Positions 41,423 to 50,751 of a stretch of 64,000 nucleotides of DNA are shown piece by piece. The notes beneath the pieces were generated by a model. The model ran no database searches and was not told the origin of the DNA. It saw only the letters and a program-made list of their open reading frames with translations. Positions within the stretch are counted from its first letter, which is position 1. Each line of letters begins with the position of its first letter. Origin of the DNA: the human T2T-CHM13v2.0 reference genome, Homo sapiens. The stretch lies in assembly GCF_009914755.1 (NCBI RefSeq), contig NC_060942.1; one strand, given 5' to 3'. The translations under genes were made by a program, and so were the position numbers.

Positions 41423-42789
41423 TGTGCATTACCTAAGTTAAAAGAAATCATTATTTGATTAATAGACTAAAGAATAATGCACACAGTAGGCTAATTTATA
41501 TTGTCCCTCATTTATTGTGTATTCTAGAATATTAGAAAGCAATGTTTATAAACAGCCTTGATATTTTCTTGATTTATTTTTAGTATAAATGATCTTGTCA
41601 TGCTCTATTCTGGACACATGAGTTAACCTTCATTCTCCAAGGAGAATTTGAACTCTTGTTCCTTCCCATGACTCCACTAACCTTACTGAAGCTGCTTAAC
41701 AGTGAGTTATGGAAATCAGCACTTTGGCTAGTTTTCCTTAGGACAGATAGATCTCACCTGGATCCTTATATGTAAATCAACGATCATTTAACAAAATATT
41801 TTTTAATCTTAAACCTGTACACTGTAATGTAAGGCAAATTTAAATCTCAGAGTATTTTTATAGTCATTCAATACTGATTTACGGTGTGTGCCTGTGGGAT
41901 ACCAGACTGTCCCCATTTGGAGTTGAGACCAGTGCGGCTTTTAGAGTAGGGTCTCTCCTGAGTTGGAACACAAAACCAAGAGGAGCCCAGTTCTCAGTGG
42001 AAGTCAGGGAACCGCCTCCTGCAGAATTAGAGGGAGGTCGATTTCCACAGCGGCAAAGTATAAAGAAAATTTTTTTGCTCCCCTGAGAGAAGCCCCCAAA
42101 AGGAAGTAATTCATGAAAAAGGTAATTACCAAGTAAATAGTAAACGTGCTACTTGGCCTGTAAGAAGAATTAAATATATTTACACTTCAAAAAGAAGCAA
42201 TTAGTGGTAGTTGATTCACTAAGGAAAGTGCCAGACCAGGACAGAGGAAAGAGTGTAAATAGATGAAGACAGAGAGATTTATTATTAAATTAAAGTTCCT
42301 TAATTACTGCAAATGTTAAATATGCAGTTTTCTGACATTTAAATGATGCTTTTCACCAAAATGAAAATGAATTGTCCACCTTGGATTCCTACTTCTTAGG
42401 CAGCATGTAAATGTCAGTCCTAAATTAAAGTTAACTAGTTTCTGCTATACATTAAAAAAATAAATTAGAATCAATAAACCATTTTCTTAAAAAATTGAAG
42501 TCTTTAAAATGTTCTAGTCCAAACATTCAGTCAGTTCCCTAAAAGGAAGAAACTGTCAAAGTTTCCCTTAGGTTTAAGTGTAAGGGGAGACCTCTGTCTC
42601 CAAGGCATCATCTGCAAAGCCAAGAACAAACAGGGTGGCAAACCAGGAAGAGAACTCCAGACTCCCAGCTGTGGCCGGTGCCTTTTAAACCTACTCTCTC
42701 TTTCCTGGCCTTTCAATGTCCCCAAGTGATTGAAGATTTGTTCTGGTATTAGAAGCACATTTCTTTTTAGGATATAATAGAGCTACCTC

Positions 42790-42985
42790 TTATGAATGAA
42801 CTACTGTGTGCTAAGAGCTTAATATATATGTCCTATTTCAGCCTCATAAGAGCCCTCCGAAGTAAGTTTTATGATCATTATTTGATACAACGCAGACAAA
42901 ATGGCTGACTTTCAGAGGTCAAGAGCCTTAGAGAGAGCTGGGATTCCAACTTGGAACTCTCCGCCACAACATCATACTGCCACCA
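42790..42985 (-). mobile_element. MIR SINE
   Basis: 'aatgaactactgtgtgctaag...tttcagcctcataagagccct...gagctgggattccaact'. Confidence 0.55.
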
Positions 42986-43165
42986 TTACAATACAATGAA
43001 AAGAGAACAAAAATAATAAACTTAAAATTTTTTTTAACAATCTGCCCTGAATCATAACTTTAGAGAACACTACAGTCATGTTAAAATATTTCTGGCTGTA
43101 TAGTCTCCTAACATATCCCAGAGATGCTGGAAGGTAGTCACTATGTGCCTTAGTTCCGGCTCAAG

Positions 43166-43620
43166 TAAAGGAGGAGAACACCCCTCATATTGTCTTATGC
43201 CCAATTTCTGCCTCCAAAGAAATTAGAAGTAGAAACTAAAAGGCAGGAATGGAATCCACAGGCAGATAGCCCAGCACCACGCCCTGAGCCTGGTAGTTAA
43301 AAACCCCTGACCTAACTGCTTGTGTTATCTATAGATTTCAGACATTGTATGGAAAAGCATCGTGAAAATCCCTGTCCTCTTCTGTTCCGTTCTGATTACC
43401 AGTGCATGCAGCCCCCAGTCATGTACCCCCTGCTTGCTCAATCAATCATGACCCTCTCACATGGACCCCCTTAAGAGTTGTAAGCCCTTAAAATGGACAG
43501 GAATCACTTACTCGGGAGATCGGTGAGATGAGAGTATGCCGATTCTCCCAGCTGAATAAAGCCCTTTCCTTCTACAACTCTGTGTCTGACGGGTTCTTGT
43601 CTGTGGCTTGTCCTCCTACA
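43166..43620 (+). promoter_or_regulatory. 5' LTR (LTR2 family), 455 bp
   Basis: Begins taaaggaggagaacacccctcatattgtcttatgcccaatttc; TATA-like ccTTAAAA 43488-43493; AATAAA 43555-43560; ends cctaca. Confidence 0.95.
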
Positions 43621-43625
43621 TTTCT

Positions 43626-43643
43626 TGGTTCCCTGACTGGGAA
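43626..43643 (+). other. Primer binding site, tRNA-Glu
   Basis: tggttccctgactgggaa = 17/18 match to the complement of the tRNA-Glu(CTC) 3' end (TGGTTCCCTGACCGGGAA), 5 nt after the LTR. Confidence 0.93.
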
Positions 43644-43883
43644 GAGAGGTGATTAGCAGAAGCCTGATGCAGCTCCTTAGGCGGCTTAGGCCTGCCTTAT
43701 GGAGCATCCCTGCAGGAGACTCCGACCAGCCTGAGCAATGAGAATCCAAAGAGCACTCCCAGTTAGGCAATTGCCCCGGTGGAATGCCTCGCCAGAGCAG
43801 CGTGTGGCAGGCCCCCATGGAGGATCAATGCAATGGCTGAACACTGGGAAGGAACTGGCACTTGGAGTCCAGACATCTGAAAC

Positions 43884-43892
43884 TTGGTAAGA
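43884..43892 (+). promoter_or_regulatory. Proviral major splice donor
   Basis: TTG|GTAAGA in the leader, about 265 nt after the 5' LTR, the expected position of the gammaretroviral SD. Confidence 0.7.
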
Positions 43893-43965
43893 CTGGTCTT
43901 TGGAACTTGTCCACTCTGTTTGAGTGGAAGCGTGGCTTGATCACCCATGAAGTGCCTGTACCGGC

Positions 43966-44074
43966 ACTTTGGTTTTTGTTTTTGACTTGACTTGGATTGC
44001 TTGAAACTTTGGTTTTGGTTTTGACCCAGCTTGGATTTCTTGATACTCTGATTTTGGTTTTGATTCTGGTTTGG
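43966..44074 (+). repeat. ~39-bp imperfect tandem repeat (x2.7) in the proviral leader
   Basis: actttggtttttgtttttgacttgacttggattgcttgaa / actttggttttggttttgacccagcttggatttcttgat / actctgattttggttttgattctggtttgg. Confidence 0.8.
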
Positions 44075-44168
44075 TGTAAACTGTAAAAGTGTGTATGTGC
44101 TCTCTTTACTCGTTCTTTGTTTTGTGGTGTGCTTGTGGTGTGAGCATGGTGTTTTGTCTCGAGGAAAC

Positions 44169-45766
44169 ATGGGTTAGGCACAAAGTAAGCCCACCCCACT
44201 AGGAACTATGTGGAAAAATTTCAAAAAGGGATTTAAAGAAGACTATGGAGTTACTATGACACCAGGAAAACTTAGAACTTTGTGTGAGATAGACTGGCCA
44301 GCATTAGAGGTGGGTTGGTCATCAGAAGGAAGCCTGGACAGGTCCCTTGTCTCGAAGGTATGGCACAGGGTAACCTGTAAGCCAGGGCACCCAGATCAGT
44401 TCTTGTATATAGATTCTTGGTTACAGCTAGTTTTACATCCCCCACAGTGGTTAAGAGGACAGGCAGCAGCAGTAGTAGAAGCAAAGGGACAGTTAGTTAA
44501 GGAACGTTCTCGCTCCACCCGCCGAGGGAAGTCAGTGCCAAAAGTCCTGTCCGACCCAACACCAGAAGAATCATGGCAGGAATTGGTACCAGCAGTACTC
44601 CCTCCTTATCAAAAGGAAGGGCTCCCCACTCTCGAGGCCACAGCACCTCCACCTCCACCAGATATCCACACTCCTAGACCACCCAGAGTAGACAAAAGAG
44701 GAAGTGAAGCCACGGGAGAAACTCCTCCCTTGGCAGCTCACTTATGGCCCAAGACTGGAATCCAAATGCCCCTGAGAGAACAGGGATATACTGGGGTAGA
44801 TGAGGAAGGACACATGGTGGAAAGGCGTGACTTTGTGTATCAACCTTTCACCTCTGCTGACCTCCTCAATTGGAAAAATAATACTCCATCTTACACTGAA
44901 AAGCCTCAAGCTTTAATTGACTTGCTCCAAACTATTATACAGACTCATAATCCTACTTGGGCTGATTGCCACCAGCTGCTGATGTATCTCTTTAATACAG
45001 ATGAAAGGTGAAGGGTGCTCCAGGCAGCAACTAAGTGGCTAGAGGAGCACATCCCAGCCGATTACCAAAACCCCCAAGAATATATAAGAATTCAGCTGCC
45101 AGGAACAGATCCCCAGTGGGACTTGAACAAGGGACCAGACATGGAGAGGCTAAGATGGTACCGTGAGGCATTGATAGAAGGTCTAAAGAAAGGGTCATAA
45201 AGGCTACAAAGGTAAATAAGGTCTCTGAGGTCATCCAAGGAAAAGAGGAGAGTCCAGCGCAATTCTATGAAAGGCTGTGTGAGGCTTACCATATGTACAC
45301 TCCTTTTGATCCAGATAGCCCTGAAAATCAGTGCATGATTAACATGGCCTTAGTTAGTCAAAGCGCGGAAGATATCAGGAGAAAATTGCAGAAACAGGCT
45401 GGGTTTGCAGGTATGAATACCTCACAGTTACTGGAAATAGCCAATCAAGTGTTTGTGAATAGAGATGCAACAAGCCACAGAGAAAGCTGTAAGGAAGGTG
45501 AACGCCAGGCCAGGTGAAACACTGACTTACTGGCCACGGCCATTGGGGGAGTTCCCCCGAAAGGACAGGGAAAGAGTGGTTCTGGGAAGAATACGCAGTC
45601 TAATCACCCAAGCTTACAACGTAACCAATGCACCTATTGTAAGGAAACAGGACATTGGAAAGATAAGAGTCCCCAACTGAAGGAAAAGCAAGGTGATTCG
45701 GAGGAAAAGACCTCAGATAAAGATGAGGGAGCTTTGTTCAATCTGGTTGAAGGGCTATTAGACTGA
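44169..45766 (+). pseudogene. gag: gag (MA-CA-NC), disrupted
   Basis: MG*AQSKPTPLGTM start; PPPY-like late motif LPPYQ; MHR VIQGKEESPAQFYERL; zinc knuckle CTYCKETGHWKDKS (last Cys lost); stops 44175, 45009, 45515; -1 frameshift near 45196; terminal TGA 45764-45766. Confidence 0.93.
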
Positions 45767-48210
45767 AGGGGACTGGGCTGAAGCGCCCCCAAGGAGCCCA
45801 CAATCGGGATTACAATTGGGGGCAAGGACATCAAGCTTTTGGTCGATACTGGTGCTGAACATTCAGTAGTGACCACCCCGGTTGCCCCCTTATCCAAGAA
45901 AACCATTGATATAATTGGAGCAACAACAGTTTCCACTAAGCAGGCTTTCTGTCTACCGTGGACCTGCTCGGTAGGGGGACATGAAATAGTTCACCGGTTC
46001 TTGTACATGCCTGACTGTCCCTTGCATTTGCTGGGAAGAGACTTGCTTAGCAAGCTGAGAACCACCATCTGCTTTACAAAACAGGGCTCTTTACAGCAAA
46101 AGTTACCAGGAACAGGAGTTATCATGGCCCTTATGGTCCCCCGGGAAGAAGAACGGAGACTTTTTCTAACCGAGCCAGGCCAAGAGATAAAATCAGCTCT
46201 AGCTAAGTGATGGCCCTGAGTATGGGAGGAGGATAATCCTCTGGGACTGGCAGTCAACCAAGCCCCCGTACTCAGAAGTTAAGCCGGGGGCCCAGCCAAT
46301 TAGACAAAAGCAGTATCCAGTTCCCAGAGAAGCTCTCGAAGGAATTCAGGTTCATCTCAAGGCGCTTGAAGCCTTTGGAATTATAGTTCCTTGCCAGTCT
46401 CCACTGAACACCCCCATCCTGCCTGTCCCTAAGCCAGGGACCAAGGACTACCGGCCAGTAGCCAGTAGAGGACTTGCGCTTGGCCAACCAAGCTACAGTG
46501 ACTCTACACCCAAAAGTTCCTAACCCTTACACATTGTTAGGGCTGCTGCTGGCTGAGGACAGCTGGTTTACCTGCCTGGACTTTAAAGATGCCTTCTTTA
46601 GCATCAGACTAGCTCCTGAGACCCAGAAGCTGTTTGCCTTTCAGTGGGAAGATCCGGAGTCAGGTGTCACTACTCAGCACATTTGGACCCGGCTTCCCCA
46701 AGGGTTCAAGAACTCCCCTACTATCTTCAGGGAGGCCCTGGCTCGAGACCTGCAAAAGTTTCCTGCTAAAGACCTAGGCTGCGTCTTGCTCCTGTATGTG
46801 GATGACCTTCTGCTGGGACACTCCACGGCAGTCAGGTATGCCAAAGGGACGGATGCCCTGCTTCGGCACCTGGAAGACTGTGGGTATAAGGTGTCCAAGT
46901 AGAAATCTCAGATCTGCAGACAGCAGGTACGCTACCTGGGATTCACTATTCTGAAAGGGAAGTGCAGCCTGGGGTCAGAAAGAAAGCAAGTCATCTGCAG
47001 CCTACTGGAACCTAAAACCAGAAGGCAAGTAAGGGAATTCCTAGGAGCTATGGGGTTTTGCAGATTATGGATTCCAAACTTTGCAGTACTAGCCAAACCT
47101 TTGTACAGGGTTACAAAGGGGGGCGACTGGGAGCCTTTTGAATGGGGGCCTCTACAACAGCAAGCCTTTTGTGAATTAAAGGAAAAACTTATGTCGGCTC
47201 CAGCCCTAGGACTACCAGATTTGACAAAGCCCTTTACACTCTATGTGTCAGAAAGAGAAAAAATGGCAGTTGGAGTTTTAACCCAGACTGTGGGGTCCTG
47301 GCCAAGGCCCGTGGCCTATCTCTCAAAACAAGATGGGGTTTCGAAAGGCTGGTGACCATGTCTAAGGGCCCTAGCAGCAATGGCCCTGTTAGCACAAGAA
47401 GCAGATAAACTAACCCTTGGGCAAAACCTGAATATAAAGACCCTCCATGGTGTGGTAACTTCGATGAATACCGAAGACCATCACTGGCTAACAAATGCTA
47501 GATTAACCAAGTACCAAAGCTTGCTATGTGAAAATCCCCGCATAACCATTGAAGTCTGTAACACCCTAAATCCCGCCACCCTGCTGCCAGTATCAGAGAG
47601 CCCGGTCGAGCATAACTGTGTAGAGGTGTTGGACTCAGTTTATTCTAGCAGACCTGACCTTTGGGACCAGCCATGGGCAACAGTAGACTGGGAGTTATAC
47701 GTGGATGGGAGCAGTTTCATCAACCCACAAGGAGAAAGATGTGCAGGATATGTGGTGGTAACTTTGAATGCTGTCACTGAAGCCAAAGCATTGCCACAGG
47801 GCACTTCAGCCCAGAAGACTGAGCTCATTGCTTTAACTCACGCTCTAGAACTCAGTGAAGCACAACGCAAGGCAGGGCCCCACTGTTCCGCCAGGCCTAC
47901 AAGCTTATGAAGATGATCCTTTTGAGGATCTTCAGGTGGATTTCACAGAAATGCCAAAATGTGGAGGTGATCGCGTGTGGATCAAGGACTGGAACATAGC
48001 CCCTTTGCGGCCACAGTGGAAAGGACCTCAGACCGTCACCCTGACCACCCCCAAGCTGTAAAGATAGAAGGAATCCCAGCCTGGATCCACCACAGCCGTG
48101 TGAAACCTGCAACTGCTGAAACCTGGGAGGCAAAACCGAGCCTGGACAATCCCTGCAAAGTGACTCTGAGGAGGATGACAAGCCCTGCTCCAGTCACACC
48201 CGGAAGCTGA
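45767..48210 (+). pseudogene. pol: pro-pol (protease, RT, partial RNase H, partial integrase), disrupted and doubly deleted
   Basis: In frame with gag; LVDTGA protease; LDFKDAFF, LPQGFKNSP, YVDD (46795-46806); RNase H YVDGSS and AQKTELIAL; IN LQVDFTEMP and WKGP/WIHHSRVK; several stops; frameshifts near 46274, at a 7-bp duplication 46454-46467, at 47860 and near 48053. Confidence 0.93.
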
Positions 48211-48232
48211 CTGGTCTACGCACGGCCGAAGC

Positions 48233-50262
48233 ATGAGGAGAATCATCGTGGGGCTCATTTTCCTTATAATTTGGACTTGTATAGTAAAAACTTCCGCTGA
48301 TTTTCCCCGCATGGAGGACTGCTCTCAGTGTATACATCAGGTTACTGAAGTAGGGCAACAAGTTAAAACAATCTTGCTGTTCTATAGTTACTCTGAATGC
48401 CTAGGAACTTAAAAAGGAACAGTATGTATCCCAGGAAATGACCGGCCAGATGTGTGTTATGACCCCTCTGAGCCTGCCATGTCCACAGTTTTTAAAATAA
48501 GATTAAGGACTGCAGACTGTTGGGGACTCGTAGATGATACAAGTAAAGTATTAGCCAGAAAAGAAGAAAAAGGGGTGCCCAAACTCATAATCTTGAAATT
48601 TGATGCTTGTGCTGTCATTAATAGCAATAAGTTAGGAAGCGGATGTGGCTCCTTTGATTGGAAGAAAGGCTATAGGACCGAAAATAGGTACATTTGTCAT
48701 GAATTAGGACTGTGTGGAAATAAACGTGGATACCGGTCTTGTGTCATTTGGGCCACTTGGATAAAAAATGAAAAGGATCCAGTCCACCTTCAGAAAGGAA
48801 AAAGTGGCCCTTCCTGTGCTAAGGGACAATGTAGCCCCTTAGAGCTAGTAATAACCAATCCCCTTGATCCTCGCTGGAAAAAAGGGGAGCATGTGACCTT
48901 AGGAATTGATGGGGCTGGACTGGATCCTCGAGTAAATATCTTAGTTCGAGGAGAAGTTTACAAATGCTCTCCTGAGCCAGTGTTTCAAACTTTCTATGAT
49001 GAACTACATGTGCCAGTACCAGAAATTCCAGGAAAAACAAGAAATTAGTTTTTGCAATTAGCCGAGCATGTAGCCCAGTCTCTCAGTGTCACTTCATGTT
49101 ATGTATGTGGAGGAACTGTAAAGGGAGATCAATGGCCATGGGAAGCCCGAGAATTAGTACCTACAGACTCAGTTCCTGGTGAATTCCTGGCTCAAAAGAA
49201 TCAACCTGGTAATTTCTGGGTCCTAAAAGCCTTAATTATTGGACAATATTGCATAGCTAGAGAAGGAAAAGAATTCATTCACCGTGCTGAACGACTTAGT
49301 TGTCTGGGACAGAAACTGTATAATGGTACCAAAAAAACAGTCACTTGGTGGAGTTGAAATCACACAGAAAGGAATCCATATAGTACATTCCCAAAGTTGC
49401 AAACCGTGTGGACCCACCCAGAGTCCCACCGGGACTGGACAGCCCCCACTGGATTATACTGGATATGTGGGCATAGAGCTTATGCCAAATTAACCGACCA
49501 GTGGGCAGGTAGTTGTGTTATTAGCACTATTAAACCATCTTTCTTTCTACTGCCCATAAAAACAGGCGAACTCCTGGGCTTCCCTGTCTATGCTTCCCAT
49601 GAAAAGAGAAGCATAGCTATAGGAAATTGGAAAGATGATGAATGGCCCCCTGAGATAATCCTACAATACTATGGGCCGGCTACTTGGGCACAAGATGGTT
49701 TGTGGGGATACCAGGCCCCCATTTACATGCTCAACCAAATCATACAGTTACAAGCTGTCTTAGAAATAATCACTAATAAAACTGGCAGAGCCTTGACTAT
49801 TCTGGCCCAGCAAGAAACTTAGATGAGAAATGCTATCAAAATAGATTGGCTCTTGACTACTTGCTAGCAGCTGAAGGAGGGGTCTGTGGGAAATTTAACC
49901 TTACTAATTGCTCTCTACACATAGATGATTAAGGGCAAGTAGTTGAAGGCATAGTTAGAGATACGACAAAACTGGCACATGTACCCGTGCAAGTGTGGCA
50001 TGGATTTGATCCTAGGGCCATGTTTAGAAAATGGTTCCCAGCGCTAGAAGGACTTAAAACTCTTATAATAGGAGTTATAATAGTAATAGAAACCTGCTTA
50101 CTGCTCCCTTGTTTGCTACCTGTACTTCTTCAAATGATAAAAAGCTTCATCGCTACCTTAGTTCACCAAAACGCTTTAGCACAAGTGTACTATATGAATC
50201 ACTATCGATCTGTCTTGCAAGAAGACATGGGCAATGAGGATGAAAGTGAGAACTCCCACTAA
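48233..50262 (+). pseudogene. env: env (SU-TM), disrupted
   Basis: Signal peptide MRRIIVGLIFLIIWTCIV; CYVC motif; furin site decayed to HEKR; [20 protein letters not shown]; TM anchor LIIGVIIVIETCLLLPCLLPVLL; stops 48410, 49046, 49355, 49820, ~49930; frameshift near 49836. Confidence 0.93.
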
Positions 50263-50276
50263 TGAGTGAGGTTCTC

Positions 50277-50288
50277 AAAGGAGAGGAA
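50277..50288 (+). other. Polypurine tract
   Basis: aaaggagaggaa immediately 5' of the 3' LTR. Confidence 0.85.
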
Positions 50289-50751
50289 TAAGGGAGGAGA
50301 CCACCCTTCATATTGTCTTATGCCCAATTTCTGCCTCCAAAAAAAGAAGAAGCAAAAACTAAAAGGCAGAAATGGAATCCACAGACAGATAGCCCAGCAC
50401 TGCACCCTGAGCCTGGTAGTTAAAAATCAACCCCTGACCTAACTGCTGTGTTATCTATAGATTTCAGACATTGTATGGAAAAGCATCATGAAAATCCCTG
50501 TCCTGTTCTCTTCCTTTCTGATTACTGGTGCATGCGGCCCCCAGTCACGTACCCCCTGCTTGCTCAATCAATCACAACCCTCTCACGTGGACCCCCTTAG
50601 AGTTGTAAGCCCTTAAAATGGACAGGAATCTCTCACTCGGGGAGCTCGGTTTTTGGAGACGCGAGTCCACTGATTCTCCCAGCTGAATAAAGCCCTTTCC
50701 TTCTACAACTCGGTGCCTGAGGGGTTCTTGTCTGTGGCTCATCCTGCTACA
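50289..50751 (+). promoter_or_regulatory. 3' LTR (LTR2 family), 463 bp, with poly(A) signal
   Basis: taagggaggagaccaccc...cctgctaca; AATAAA 50686-50691; about 91% identical to the 5' LTR by manual alignment. Confidence 0.95.

Larger units (their letters stand above)
43166..50751 (+). mobile_element. HERV-E-group (gammaretrovirus-like, LTR2; HERVE_a/Harlequin-related) provirus, defective, internally deleted in pol
   Basis: Two ~460-bp LTRs, Glu PBS, PPT, gag-pro-pol-env remnants in order, 4-bp TSD caag (43162-65) / caaa (50752-55). Confidence 0.95.

Noticed and set aside
43615-43644. Identity with the CT-RCC HERV-E tumour antigen locus (peptide ATFLGSLTWK)
   Set aside because: The homologous frame here reads PTFLGSLTGK, so it is a paralogous locus with no evidence of translation
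44208-45011. 267-aa ORF as an intact, possibly domesticated gag
   Set aside because: The true start at 44169 is followed by TAG at codon 3 (no myristoylated MG start), the ORF ends mid-capsid at a CGA>TGA, and gag downstream is frameshifted; its length fits neutral decay
48233-50262. Syncytin-like or otherwise functional env
   Set aside because: At least five stops, a frameshift before the ISD, furin site decayed to HEKR and CX6CC broken (NCS)
43621-50288. APOBEC3 hypermutation of the provirus
   Set aside because: Stops are mostly CGA>TGA, CAG>TAG or transversions, and most Trp codons are intact; the pattern is CpG decay and neutral drift
43166-50751. L1-mediated processed pseudogene of a spliced ERV RNA
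   Set aside because: Both LTRs have full U3-R-U5, there is no poly(A) tail and the TSD is 4 bp, which indicates retroviral integration
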